Program-made: the position numbers and the translations under genes
Shown here: positions 35,000-44,939 of the stretch, piece after piece
How the letters are laid out: each line of letters opens with the position of its first letter
Numbering within the stretch: position 1 is the stretch's first letter
NCBI GenBank assembly: GCA_963678065.2
Contig: CAXXVZ010000002.1
Span: 224,001-288,000 of the forward strand
Source of the DNA: Treponemataceae bacterium
GTDB taxonomy: Bacteria; Spirochaetota; Spirochaetia; Treponematales; Rectinemataceae
Direction of reading: 5' to 3'
DNA: 64,000 nt
The notes under the pieces: model-generated
Told to the model about the DNA's origin: nothing
Database searches by the model: none
Seen by the model: the letters and a program-made list of their open reading frames with translations, nothing else

Positions 35000-36019
35000 G
35001 TGTCTGACAAAACAAGGCAAACAACGGGATATGTGACCATCCGCGATATTGCGGAAAAGGCCGGAGTTTCTGTCAACTGCGTCAGCAGGGCGCTCAACGA
35101 CAAAAACGATATCGGCGAAGCGACCAAGGCGCGGGTCAAAATGATAGCCGAGGAGCTCGGCTATATCCGCCACGCTGCGGCTTCGGGGCTCAGGTCCGGC
35201 GGAACAAAATCGATAGGCGTGATCGTCACCCACATCGACAACGCCTTCTTTTCGAGAATACTCCAGGGCATCAGCGACTGCGTATCCAGCAAGGGCTACA
35301 CGGTGCTCATACTGGCCTCGAACGAAGACCCGGACACCGAGGCGGGAAACATCCGCCTCCTCATGGCCTACCGCGTCTCCGGGATACTGGTCGTGCCGGC
35401 CTGCGACCTGAAGAACACCATAGATTACGGCGCGATCCAGGCGCCCCACATCGAGATCGTCCGCCACATCGCGGCGGGCCCAGGCGGATACTTCGTCTCG
35501 GACTCGCGCCGCTCCGGCGAGCTGGCGGCCGAGCGCTTTCTCGCGACGGGAAGGCAAAGATGCGCGTATCTCGGTTTCGACAAGCCTGTGTCATGCAACA
35601 GGGACCGCATGAACGGCTATGTCCAGGGGCTCAGAAAAGGGAAAATCCCCTTCGGGGCCAAGTCGGCGCGCAGCTGCGAGGCGAACACCGAGGCAGCGTT
35701 CAGGACCATGTCGAAGTGGATACAAGAGGGCTTCGATTTCGACGGCCTGTTCGTCTACAACGACGCGATGGCATTCGGAGCCATCAGGGCCATGGTCGAC
35801 GCGGGCATCCGGGTCCCCGGCGAGGTGTCGGTGATCGGACACGACGATATCGAGACCGCCGCGTCGTTCATCCCGCGGCTCACCAGCATACAGGTGCCCA
35901 AGTATCGGCTCGGCTTCGACAGCGCCGGCTCCCTTCTCGAACGCATAGAGCCGCACGCGGAAGGCTTGCTGCCCAAACATGTCGTCTACGAACCAGAGCT
36001 GATTGTCCGCGAGACCTGA
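35000..36019 (+). CDS. LacI family transcriptional regulator
   Basis: HTH TIRDIAEKAGVSVNCVSRALN; motifs YNDAMAFG, SVIGHDD and PRLTSI. Confidence 0.93.
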   Translation: MSDKTRQTTGYVTIRDIAEKAGVSVNCVSRALNDKNDIGEATKARVKMIAEELGYIRHAAASGLRSGGTKSIGVIVTHIDNAFFSRILQGISDCVSSKGYTVLILASNEDPDTEAGNIRLLMAYRVSGILVVPACDLKNTIDYGAIQAPHIEIVRHIAAGPGGYFVSDSRRSGELAAERFLATGRQRCAYLGFDKPVSCNRDRMNGYVQGLRKGKIPFGAKSARSCEANTEAAFRTMSKWIQEGFDFDGLFVYNDAMAFGAIRAMVDAGIRVPGEVSVIGHDDIETAASFIPRLTSIQVPKYRLGFDSAGSLLERIEPHAEGLLPKHVVYEPELIVRET

Positions 36020-36041
36020 TCCCCGTCATGGAGTCCGGAAC

Positions 36042-36091
36042 CGGCATTCCTGCGCTTCGCGAGTCGCGTGGGATGCCGTTTCATTGTTTTT
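36042..36091 (+). terminator. Putative intrinsic terminator
   Basis: CGGCATTCCTGCGC...GCGTGGGATGCCG stem followed by TTTCATTGTTTTT. Confidence 0.45.
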
Positions 36092-36252
36092 ATGCGGTAA
36101 AAGCCCGAATCATTGGATATTTATTTCAATAACTGCCCCACCAGCTTGTATTGGTGAAAATGGTCGATATAATCCGAAAAAGAAGCGACTCATCCTTTCA
36201 TCGGGGCAGGATCGCCCCCGGAAGCATCCGGGAATCACAAAGGGAGGTTTGT

Positions 36253-37848
36253 ATGGCAGGACAGAGAAATGTGGCGCTGCTCGCGGCGGTGGCACTGATG
36301 GCCTTCGGCGCGGTCGCGAGTCTCGCCGCGGCGCCGAAAGAGCAGAAAATCGTCTATGCCCTGGGCGGCGAAGCGGAGACGCTGGATCCGACCAAGAATG
36401 TGTATTCACGATCGTCCATCGTGCTGCAGAACCTCTTCAGGGGTCTGTACAAGATGGGAGAGGACGGCACGACGGAACCTTCCATGGCCGCCGATGTCAC
36501 CATCGACAAGACGGGGACAAAATATGTATTCAAGCTGCGGGACGCCCTCTGGTCCGACGGCAAACCCGTGACCGCCATGGATTTCGAGTACTCGTGGAAG
36601 CGCGTCCTCAACCCCGAGACCGCCTCCAAGGCGGCTTTCTACCTCTATTATCTGAAGAACGGCAAAGCCTACAACGACGGCAAGGCTAAGGCCGAAGATG
36701 TCGGCGTCAAGGCTCTGGATGCGAAGACCCTGGAAGTCACCCTCGAGAACCCGACAGCCTACTTCCTGGACCTCCTCTGCGTCACCGCCTACTACCCGGT
36801 GCGCAAAGACGTCGTCGAAACTGCTACCCCCTGGACCAAATCTCCCTCGACCTACATCTCCAACGGCCCCTTCAAGCTCACCGAGATCAAGCCGAAGGAG
36901 AAGTACGTTCTCAAGAAGAACCCCAACTACGTCGACGCCGCGAAGGTGAAGCTCGAGACGCTCGAGATCGTGTTCATAGAGGCCGCCGAGGCCGAACTCG
37001 CCGCATACATGGGCGGCTCGATCTCCGTTTCCGACAATATGAACGCCGAGTCCGTGAAGATGTTCGAGAAGACGCCCGAGTTCTACTCGGTGCCGCGGAT
37101 CGGCGTCTACTACTTCGACATCAACACCACGAAAAAGCCCTTCGACGACGCGAGGGTGCGCAAGGCCTTCGCGATCAGCTTCAACCGCGAGCAGGTCGTG
37201 CGCAACGTCCTGCAGCTCACCGAAAGACCAGCCTACGGCATGATTCCTTATGGCATTCCCTACGCCACGAAGCCGGCCAAGAATTTCCGCGACATCGTTC
37301 CGGAACCCTTCAAAGAGGATATCGCCGCCGCGAAAAAGCTGCTGGCCGATGCCGGCTACCCCGACGGCAAGGGACTGCCTCCCGTCACGATCACCGTCAT
37401 GAACAACCAGAGCAACAAGGACGCGGCGCAGGCCATGCAGGCCATGTGGAAGAAGAACCTCGGCGTCGAAGTGACCATCCAGACCTGGGAGTCCAAGGTC
37501 TACTGGGACGAGATGAGCAACGGCAACTTCCAGATAATGCGCGATGGCTGGACCGGAGACTACCCCGATCCGATGACCAACCTTGACATCTTCGAGTCCT
37601 CGCAGACCGACGACGACAACCGCTGGGTCAACAAAGAATACGACAGGCTCCTCGCGGAAAACCGCAAGATCACCGACCAGCAGAAGCGGATGGACAACTT
37701 TGCCAAAGCCGAGAAGATCCTGATGGACGAGATGCCGGTCTTCCCGCTCTACTACTACACGGATACGTTCATCGCGAAGCCCGGCGTCAAGGGCGTGACC
37801 AAGAACTTCATCGGCCACACGTTCTTCGAATATGCCTCGGTGGAGTGA
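36253..37848 (+). CDS. oppA: Oligopeptide ABC transporter substrate-binding protein
   Basis: Motifs ETLDP, WSDGKPVTAMDF, SNGPFKL and GWTGDYPDP; GGGAGG SD. Confidence 0.93.
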   Translation: MAGQRNVALLAAVALMAFGAVASLAAAPKEQKIVYALGGEAETLDPTKNVYSRSSIVLQNLFRGLYKMGEDGTTEPSMAADVTIDKTGTKYVFKLRDALWSDGKPVTAMDFEYSWKRVLNPETASKAAFYLYYLKNGKAYNDGKAKAEDVGVKALDAKTLEVTLENPTAYFLDLLCVTAYYPVRKDVVETATPWTKSPSTYISNGPFKLTEIKPKEKYVLKKNPNYVDAAKVKLETLEIVFIEAAEAELAAYMGGSISVSDNMNAESVKMFEKTPEFYSVPRIGVYYFDINTTKKPFDDARVRKAFAISFNREQVVRNVLQLTERPAYGMIPYGIPYATKPAKNFRDIVPEPFKEDIAAAKKLLADAGYPDGKGLPPVTITVMNNQSNKDAAQAMQAMWKKNLGVEVTIQTWESKVYWDEMSNGNFQIMRDGWTGDYPDPMTNLDIFESSQTDDDNRWVNKEYDRLLAENRKITDQQKRMDNFAKAEKILMDEMPVFPLYYYTDTFIAKPGVKGVTKNFIGHTFFEYASVE

Positions 37849-37857
37849 TTCACATTC

Positions 37858-37893
37858 GTCCGGCCGGGCCGACAGGAGTCGGTCCGGCCGGAC
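37858..37893 (+). terminator. GC-rich stem-loop after oppA (mRNA stabiliser or attenuator)
   Basis: GTCCGGCCGGGCCGAC-AGGA-GTCGGTCCGGCCGGAC. Confidence 0.6.
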
Positions 37894-37934
37894 TGTGCGG
37901 TGGATCCGGATTCTTGTTGCCCGGGAGGGCGTCG

Positions 37935-38861
37935 ATGCTCGCATATATCGTGAAACGCCTGTTCGCAGGACTCCTTACACTTCTCGTACTGATCACCCTC
38001 ACGTTTGCGCTGATGCACGCCATTCCCGGCGGGCCCTTCAGCCCTACCGAAGAGAAGAAAGTCCCCAAAAGCATTCTCATGAAAATCCAGGAGAAGTACG
38101 GACTCGACAAACCCCTGCCCGTCCAGTACTTCAGCTACCTCCGCAGTCTCGCGCGCGGCGACCTCGGCATCTCCTTCAAACAGGAGGACGTGACGATCAA
38201 CGAGCTGATCGAGCAGGGCTTCCCCGTATCGGCCAGGGTCGGCGCCCTCGCCGTGATTCTGTCGCTCTGTGTCGGCATACCTCTCGGCATCATCTCCGCC
38301 GTGAAGCGCGGCAAATGGATGGACTGGGCTTCCATGATCTTTGCCACGCTGGGGGTATCGATTCCGAGCTTCGTGCTCGCCGTCCTCCTCATGTTCCTTT
38401 TCTCCGTGGTCCTGCGCGTCCTGCCCGTGTACGGACTCTCTTCATGGAAACACTACATCCTGCCGGTCGCGGGTCTCTCCTTCGGGCCGATTTCCTACAT
38501 AACGCGCCTCATGCGCTCGAGTATGCTTGAGGTTATGCGGCAGGACTATATCATCACCGCGAGATCGAAAGGCGTGCGCGAGTTCTTCGTCATCACAAAA
38601 CATGCCCTGCGCAACGCCGTCATCCCCGTGGTCACTTACCTCGGGCCCCTCATCGCGGGACTCCTCACCGGCAGCTTCGTCATCGAGCGGCTGTTCACGA
38701 TTCCGGGTATCGGCCGCTACTTCGTGAGCAGCATCGGAGACCGGGATTACTCGGTTCTCCTCGGCATGACGATATTCTTCGGCGCCTTCATCATCATAGC
38801 CAACCTTGTCGTGGACATTCTCTACGCCATCATAGACCCGAGGGTGAAAATAAATGAGTGA
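37935..38861 (+). CDS. oppB: Oligopeptide ABC permease
   Basis: Motifs YIVKRL, PGGPF, GDLGIS, TARSKG, HALRNA and DPR. Confidence 0.93.
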   Translation: MLAYIVKRLFAGLLTLLVLITLTFALMHAIPGGPFSPTEEKKVPKSILMKIQEKYGLDKPLPVQYFSYLRSLARGDLGISFKQEDVTINELIEQGFPVSARVGALAVILSLCVGIPLGIISAVKRGKWMDWASMIFATLGVSIPSFVLAVLLMFLFSVVLRVLPVYGLSSWKHYILPVAGLSFGPISYITRLMRSSMLEVMRQDYIITARSKGVREFFVITKHALRNAVIPVVTYLGPLIAGLLTGSFVIERLFTIPGIGRYFVSSIGDRDYSVLLGMTIFFGAFIIIANLVVDILYAIIDPRVKINE

Positions 38862-39804
38862 AGCGGACAGCGCTGCCCGATTCGAACCCGCATTCGAGCC
38901 ATCGGCCGAGCTTTTCGAAGCGATCGATTCCGGCACGGAGGCTGAAGCTATCGCGAGGCCCAGCCGCAGCTACTGGCAGGATGCCTGGGCCAGGTTCCGG
39001 AAAGACCCCCTCGCCATGCTGGGGCTTTTCATCGTTGTCACGATCACGCTCTTCGCGGTGTTTTATCCGATCGTCTCGCCCTACAGCTACGACGGCCAGG
39101 ACATCGTCAACCAGAATCAGGGGCCATCGGGGGCTCACTGGTTCGGCACCGACAAATTCGGAAGGGACATCTTCGTCCGCGTATGCTACGGGGCGCGAAT
39201 CAGCCTCTCCATCGGCGTGGTCACCGCGGCGATCAACATGGTGGTCGGCGTCGTCTACGGGGGAATCTCCGGATTCTTCGGCGGCAGGCTGGACATGGTG
39301 TTGATGCGCATCGTCGACATCCTCATCGGCCTGCCCTCCCTCCTCTACATCATCCTCATCATGATGTTCCTCGGGAACACGATGCGGAGTATCCTCATCG
39401 CGCTCTGCCTCACCTACTGGATCGGAACGGCGCGCATGGTCCGCTCCCAGGTGCTCAGCCTGAAGCACCTCGATTACGCCCTCGCGGCCAAGGTACTCGG
39501 GGCATCCGATCTGAAAATCCTCTTCCGCCACCTCATCCCCAACAGCATGGGGCCCATCATCGTCACGGTAACCTTCCTCATCCCCTCGGCCATCTTCTCG
39601 GAGGCCTTCCTGAGCTTCCTGGGGATCGGCATCCAGGTACCGATGGCGAGCTGGGGCACCCTCGTGAACGAGGCTATTCCGATGCTCTTCACCAAGCCCT
39701 ACCAGATGCTCTTTCCCGCCCTGGCGATCAGCGTCACCATCTTCGCGCTCAACTTCATCGGGGACGGCCTGCGCGATGCCCTCGACCCCCGCCTGAGACG
39801 CTGA
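38854..39804 (+). CDS. oppC: Oligopeptide ABC permease
   Basis: Motifs [25 protein letters not shown] and [10 protein letters not shown]. Confidence 0.93.
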   Translation: MSEADSAARFEPAFEPSAELFEAIDSGTEAEAIARPSRSYWQDAWARFRKDPLAMLGLFIVVTITLFAVFYPIVSPYSYDGQDIVNQNQGPSGAHWFGTDKFGRDIFVRVCYGARISLSIGVVTAAINMVVGVVYGGISGFFGGRLDMVLMRIVDILIGLPSLLYIILIMMFLGNTMRSILIALCLTYWIGTARMVRSQVLSLKHLDYALAAKVLGASDLKILFRHLIPNSMGPIIVTVTFLIPSAIFSEAFLSFLGIGIQVPMASWGTLVNEAIPMLFTKPYQMLFPALAISVTIFALNFIGDGLRDALDPRLRR

Positions 39805-39816
39805 AGGGCCCGCGGG

Positions 39817-40818
39817 ATGAAGCTCCTCGACATCAGAAACCTGAAAACGACATTCAAGACCGACGCGGGCCTCGTGCGCGCAGTTCGGGGCGTCTCCTTC
39901 GGCATCGAGGTGGGCGAATCGGTGGGCATCGTCGGCGAGTCGGGTTCGGGCAAGAGCGTGACCATGCTCTCTCTTCTCAGGCTCCTGCCGCCCCAGGCGA
40001 GCATCGAATCGGACGGCATCATGTTCGCGGGCCGGGATCTGGCCGGGCTGAGCCACAGCGATATGCGTCCCGTCTACGGCAAGGAGATCGGCATCATCTT
40101 CCAGGACCCGATGACATCGCTCAACCCTCTTCTGACAGTGGGCAACCAGATTTCCGAGTCCCTGAAGATCCACAAGGGTCTGCGCGGGGCCGCCGCCGAA
40201 GAGAAAGTGAAGGAAATACTGAGCCTCGTGGAGATTCCCGATCCGGAGCAGCGCCTGAAGCAGTACCCTTACGAGTTCTCGGGCGGAATGCGCCAGCGGG
40301 TGATGATTGCCATCGCGATAGCCTGCGAGCCGAAGCTCCTCATCGCGGACGAGCCGACGACAGCCCTGGACGTCACCATCCAGGCGCAGATCCTCGACCT
40401 CATGCGGAACCTGAAACGGCGGCTGGATACCTCGATCATCCTCATCAGCCACGACCTGGGCGTGATCGCGGGCATGTGCTCCCGCGTCTTCGTGATGTAC
40501 GGTGGCAAGATCGCCGAAACCGGCACGGTGGACGAAATTTTCTACGATCCGCGGCACCCCTACACGTGGGGACTCCTGCGCTCGATCCCCGAGGTCGACG
40601 CGACTGTCCGCCGGAAGCTCGTGCCGATACCGGGCAGCCCCCCCGATCTTCTCGCGCCGCCGCCCGGCTGCGCCTTCGCGCCGAGGTGCGCCTGCGCCAT
40701 GAAGGTCTGCGCCCTGCACGAACCGCCCGACACGGTCCTGTCGGACACGCACAGGGCCTCCTGCTGGCTCCTCCACGCCCGGGCTCCGAAACGCGCCTGG
40801 GAAGGGGCGCGGCCATGA
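39817..40818 (+). CDS. oppD: Oligopeptide ABC ATP-binding protein
   Basis: Motifs [25 protein letters not shown] and DEPTTALD; C-terminal Cys motif. Confidence 0.93.
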   Translation: MKLLDIRNLKTTFKTDAGLVRAVRGVSFGIEVGESVGIVGESGSGKSVTMLSLLRLLPPQASIESDGIMFAGRDLAGLSHSDMRPVYGKEIGIIFQDPMTSLNPLLTVGNQISESLKIHKGLRGAAAEEKVKEILSLVEIPDPEQRLKQYPYEFSGGMRQRVMIAIAIACEPKLLIADEPTTALDVTIQAQILDLMRNLKRRLDTSIILISHDLGVIAGMCSRVFVMYGGKIAETGTVDEIFYDPRHPYTWGLLRSIPEVDATVRRKLVPIPGSPPDLLAPPPGCAFAPRCACAMKVCALHEPPDTVLSDTHRASCWLLHARAPKRAWEGARP

Positions 40819-41777
40819 TCGAAGTGCGCAACCTGAAAAAACATTTCGAAATGCGCAAAGGCTTCTTCGGCGGGAAAACGCGGATCCTGAAAGCGGTGGA
40901 CGGCATCAGTTTTTCGATAGCCAAGGGGGAGACCTACAGCCTCGTCGGCGAGTCGGGCTGCGGCAAGACGACGGCCGCCCGCACGATCATCAGGATCTAC
41001 GATCCGACGGCGGGCAGCATCCTGTACGACGGCGCCGACATCTCGACCTTGAGCGCGAAAGAGCTTCTGCCCTGGCGCAAGAAGATGCAGATGATTTTCC
41101 AGGATCCCTATTCCTCGCTGGATCCCCGCATGACGGTGGGCGACATAGTCGGGGAGGCGCTCTCCCTGCACGGTCTCCGGAAAGGGAAGGAGGCGGGCGA
41201 GCGGGTCCGCGAACTGATCGGTCTCGTGGGGCTCAAGAGCGACCACATCAACCGCTATCCGCACGAATTTTCGGGCGGCCAGCGGCAGAGGATCGGAATC
41301 GCTCGCGCGCTCGCCGTCGAACCCGAGTTCATCATCTGCGACGAGCCGATATCGGCCCTGGACGTGTCGATCCAGGCCCAGGTCGTGAACATGCTGGAGG
41401 ATCTCCAGGAACGCTTCGGCCTGACCTACCTCTTCGTGTCGCACGATCTTTCCATGGTCAGGCACATCTCGCACCGGGTCGGGGTCATGTACCTGGGCAG
41501 CCTCGTGGAGACCGGGCCCGTCGCCGAGCTCTACACGGCGATGCGCCATCCCTACACCAAGGCGCTGCTCTCCGCGGTGCCGATAGCCGACCCCAAACGG
41601 TCCAGAGCCTCGCGGCGCATCATCCTGGGCGGCGACGTGCCCAGCCCCTTGAATCCGCCCTCGGGCTGCGCCTTCCGCACGCGATGCTCGCGCGCGATGC
41701 CGCGATGTGCGGAAGAAAAGCCCGAACTGAGGCAGATAGGCCCCGATCACTGCATGGCCTGCCATCTCGAGGGATGA
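40815..41777 (+). CDS. oppF: Oligopeptide ABC ATP-binding protein
   Basis: Motifs [23 protein letters not shown] and [11 protein letters not shown] overlaps the oppD stop. Confidence 0.93.
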   Translation: MIEVRNLKKHFEMRKGFFGGKTRILKAVDGISFSIAKGETYSLVGESGCGKTTAARTIIRIYDPTAGSILYDGADISTLSAKELLPWRKKMQMIFQDPYSSLDPRMTVGDIVGEALSLHGLRKGKEAGERVRELIGLVGLKSDHINRYPHEFSGGQRQRIGIARALAVEPEFIICDEPISALDVSIQAQVVNMLEDLQERFGLTYLFVSHDLSMVRHISHRVGVMYLGSLVETGPVAELYTAMRHPYTKALLSAVPIADPKRSRASRRIILGGDVPSPLNPPSGCAFRTRCSRAMPRCAEEKPELRQIGPDHCMACHLEG

Positions 41778-41808
41778 ACAGCGCGAGAGTTCGGAAAAAG
41801 GAGCATCC

Positions 41809-43251
41809 ATGAGCGAAGAAGCGGTGAACGTTGCGGACCTTCCCGGCGTTCGGGAAGGCGGCGGTCAGGAAAGCAGTCACCGAGACGACGACGCGCGCTT
41901 CGCGGAACTCGCCTCGCGCGTGAAATCAGGAATGCGACGTCTGCGTGTTCCGGGTGCCGTCCTCGGCGTCTGGGCAGGCGGCCGCGGGATGACAGCGGCC
42001 TTCGGGCGGATCAGCATCGAGAATCCTTTGCGCGTCACGCCGGAGACCCTCTTCCAGATCGGCTCCATCACGAAGACCATGACGACGGCAGCCCTCCTGC
42101 GCCTCGCCGAACTCGGAAAGCTCGACATGGACAGCCCGGTACGGAACCTGATCCCCGGCTTCGCCATGTCGGACCCGGAGGTCGTCGCCCGGCTCACCCC
42201 CCGGCATCTCGTCACCCACACGGGAGGCTGGGTGGGCGACTATTTCGATGATTTCGGCAACGGGGACGACGCGCTGCGAAAAATGGTCGAATCGATCGGC
42301 TGGCTGCCGCAGGTCACGCCCCTGGGCGAACTCTGGTCCTACAACAACGCTGGCTTCAACATCGCCGGCCGCCTCGTCGAGATCGCGGCCGGAAAGCCTT
42401 ACGAGACAGCGCTGAAGGAGCTTCTCCTCGATCCGATCGGGATGGAGCGCAGCTGGTTCTACCCCGACGACACCATGATCACACATCGCTTCGTCGTCGG
42501 CCACGAGAAGAAGGGTGGCCGGCACATCGTGTCGCGCCCCTGGGCCATCGGCCGGGCGGGCAACTGCGTGGGCGGGGGCGTCTGCGCCGCGGGAGATCTC
42601 CTCGCGTGGGCCCGCTTCATGATGGCCGGCGGGCTGAATGCGCGCGGCGAACGCGTGATGGAATCCGGGACAATCGCGGAAATGATGGAGCCGCGCATCC
42701 CGGCAGGCTTCGGGAGGAAGATGGGACTGTCCTGGTTCGTGCGCGAGCCGGGCGGGATAAAGATCTGCGGCCACGGCGGGGCGACGAACGGACAGCAGGC
42801 GGCCCTGCACTTCGCGCCCGGGCGCGACTTCGCCGCAACCCTCCTGACCAACGCGGAGGCGGGCGGAATCCTCACCGATTCGCTCGCTGAATGGATCGCC
42901 GAACTCTGGTTCGGGGTCGCGGCCGAAAAGCCTGCGCCGCTGATGGGCGCGGGACCGGCGGTCCTCGACGAGTACACCGGGCGCTACGACCTTCCCATCT
43001 CGACATTCGATCTTGCCCGCCGGCCCGGCGGCTTCACGCTCCGCGATATTCCCCGCGGCGGTTTTCCGAGACCGGACAGTCCGCCGGGCGACGCTGCCCC
43101 TCCCATGAGGGCGGTGCTCTGCGAGGGCGATCGCTTCCTCGTCCTGGACGAGCCTAAAAAAGGGTCCGTGGGAGAATTTCTGCGCGACACAACCGGGGCG
43201 CTGCGCTACTGCCGCCTGGGAGGCCGCGTACACATCAAACTGCCGGCCTGA
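41809..43251 (+). CDS. Serine hydrolase, beta-lactamase/D-aminopeptidase fold (cytoplasmic)
   Basis: SxxK (GSITK), YNN and HGG motifs; no signal peptide. Confidence 0.85.
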   Translation: MSEEAVNVADLPGVREGGGQESSHRDDDARFAELASRVKSGMRRLRVPGAVLGVWAGGRGMTAAFGRISIENPLRVTPETLFQIGSITKTMTTAALLRLAELGKLDMDSPVRNLIPGFAMSDPEVVARLTPRHLVTHTGGWVGDYFDDFGNGDDALRKMVESIGWLPQVTPLGELWSYNNAGFNIAGRLVEIAAGKPYETALKELLLDPIGMERSWFYPDDTMITHRFVVGHEKKGGRHIVSRPWAIGRAGNCVGGGVCAAGDLLAWARFMMAGGLNARGERVMESGTIAEMMEPRIPAGFGRKMGLSWFVREPGGIKICGHGGATNGQQAALHFAPGRDFAATLLTNAEAGGILTDSLAEWIAELWFGVAAEKPAPLMGAGPAVLDEYTGRYDLPISTFDLARRPGGFTLRDIPRGGFPRPDSPPGDAAPPMRAVLCEGDRFLVLDEPKKGSVGEFLRDTTGALRYCRLGGRVHIKLPA

Positions 43252-43330
43252 AAACCGATCGGACGGTAAACCCGCCGCAGTGTTGCGGGCCTCGAACCCA
43301 GACTGAAAATCGACGAAAAACCGACGTGCC

Positions 43331-43367
43331 AGAGGGTGATTATTCGAATTTCGGATAATCACCCTCT
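43331..43367. terminator. Long inverted repeat between the opp operon and the trp promoter
   Basis: AGAGGGTGATTATTCGAA-T-TTCGGATAATCACCCTCT; 18-nt arms with one G:U. Confidence 0.5.
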
Positions 43368-43376
43368 CTGTTACTA

Positions 43377-43434
43377 TTGACAGAAACAAAGTATCCGGAT
43401 ATCGTCTGCAGCTATAGTTTCTATTAATAGAAAC
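43377..43434 (+). promoter_or_regulatory. trp promoter with perfect 18-bp palindromic operator
   Basis: TTGACA-N17-TATCGT; GTTTCTATTAATAGAAAC at 43417-43434, just before the GGAGG SD. Confidence 0.7.
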
Positions 43435-43448
43435 ATCATGGAGGAATC

Positions 43449-44939
43449 GTGGTACGTCCATCCAGGGTCGACTACCTTAAAACTGCGAGACCGGGCAGAG
43501 TCATCGCCGTCGTCAAGGAAATTTCAGCCGACAGGCTGACGCCGATTGACGCTTTTTACGCCCTCAAGGCCTCGTATCTTCTGGAATCGGCCGAGCGCGG
43601 CGCGGCGATCGGCCGATACTCGTTTCTCGGCGTCGAGCCTATCGCGCGGTTGACCATAGAAGGCGAGCTCTGCACGGTCGCGGAGAACGGTACAGTGCGC
43701 AGCTTTTCATCTACCGATCCTCTCCGGGCAGTCGGCGACCTGGTCCGCGCCCGGCACTACGAGGGCGAAGGCGATCTGTCCCCCTTCCCCGGCGGCGCGG
43801 TAGGCTATCTCGGCTACGACGCGGTCAGGCGCTGGGAAAGTCTTCCGCCGCCCCCGGCAGGAGAAGGTCCGGAGCTGCCAGACGCCGTCTTCATGATCAC
43901 GCGCTACACTCTCGCCTTCGACAACCTCATGCACAGCCTCAGGATCATCTGCAACATCAGGGCAGGAGAGGATCCGGATGCCGACTATGTCGAGGCGGTG
44001 AAGGGGATCGAGTCCATCGCGTGGGCCCTGGAGCAGGCCGAAGCCGAGCGCGGCCGCGAGCGGGATCTGCCCGTCTCGGGCTTCACGGCGGGTGAGCCCG
44101 TTCCGAACATGACGAGGGAAGCATTCGAGGATTCGGTCCGGCAGGCGAAGGAACTCATCGCGTCGGGCGAGGCCATCCAGGTCGTTCTCTCGCAGCGTTT
44201 CTGCTCGGAGTTCTCGGGCGATCCTTTCGCGGTCTTCCGCTCCCTTCGCTCGATCAATCCCTCGCCCTACATGTTCTACCTCGATTTCGGCGACTTCGTG
44301 CTCTTCGGGGCTTCGCCCGAGGTCATGGTCAAGGTTCAGGACGGCAGGGCGATGCTCAGGCCGATAGCCGGCACCCGGCCGCGCGGCAAAAGCCCCGAGG
44401 AAGATGCGGCGTTCAGGGCTGAACTCCTCGCCGACGAGAAGGAGAGGGCCGAACACCTCATGCTCATCGACCTCGCACGCAACGACCTCGGCAGGATTGC
44501 CGCGGCCGGCACGGTCAGTATCGACAGGATGATGGAAGTCGAGATGTACTCCCATGTGATGCACATCGTTTCGGAAATTTCCGCCAGACTCGGACCCGGC
44601 GTCGACGTCTTCGACGTGATCCGGGCGACTTTTCCCGCGGGAACGGTCTCCGGAGCGCCCAAGATCCGCGCCATGGAGATCATCAACGCGCTGGAGCCCT
44701 CCAGAAGGGGATCCTACGCGGGCCTCGTCGGGTATTTCAGCTACCGCGGAGGTTTCGACTCCTGCATCGCGATCCGCTCGGCCGTCGCGAAGGACGGAAA
44801 AATCTACAACCAGTCAGGGGCGGGGATCGTCTACGACTCGGTCCCGGAAAAAGAGTACGAGGAGACGCTGAACAAGGCCAGGGCCATATTCGCCGCGCTC
44901 GAGCGGGCTGCCGGCCGGCCTATCGGAGGCAGAGTATGA
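43449..44939 (+). CDS. trpE: Anthranilate synthase component I
   Basis: Motifs LLESAE, GRYSF, NPSPYM, PIAGTR, EHLMLIDLARND and GTVSGAPKIRA. Confidence 0.95.
   Translation: MVRPSRVDYLKTARPGRVIAVVKEISADRLTPIDAFYALKASYLLESAERGAAIGRYSFLGVEPIARLTIEGELCTVAENGTVRSFSSTDPLRAVGDLVRARHYEGEGDLSPFPGGAVGYLGYDAVRRWESLPPPPAGEGPELPDAVFMITRYTLAFDNLMHSLRIICNIRAGEDPDADYVEAVKGIESIAWALEQAEAERGRERDLPVSGFTAGEPVPNMTREAFEDSVRQAKELIASGEAIQVVLSQRFCSEFSGDPFAVFRSLRSINPSPYMFYLDFGDFVLFGASPEVMVKVQDGRAMLRPIAGTRPRGKSPEEDAAFRAELLADEKERAEHLMLIDLARNDLGRIAAAGTVSIDRMMEVEMYSHVMHIVSEISARLGPGVDVFDVIRATFPAGTVSGAPKIRAMEIINALEPSRRGSYAGLVGYFSYRGGFDSCIAIRSAVAKDGKIYNQSGAGIVYDSVPEKEYEETLNKARAIFAALERAAGRPIGGRV

Noticed and set aside
39183..41777. 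864-aa ORF that looks like a large fusion ending in OppF
   Set aside because: The N-terminal part is an off-frame read-through of oppC/oppD; the real start is at 40815.
41809..43251. Antibiotic-resistance beta-lactamase
   Set aside because: No signal peptide, HGG instead of KTG, and a peptide-transport context.
43251..43449. T-box or Trp leader peptide upstream of trpE
   Set aside because: I found no T-box consensus, Trp-codon leader ORF or U-tailed attenuator, and the predicted leader is too short.
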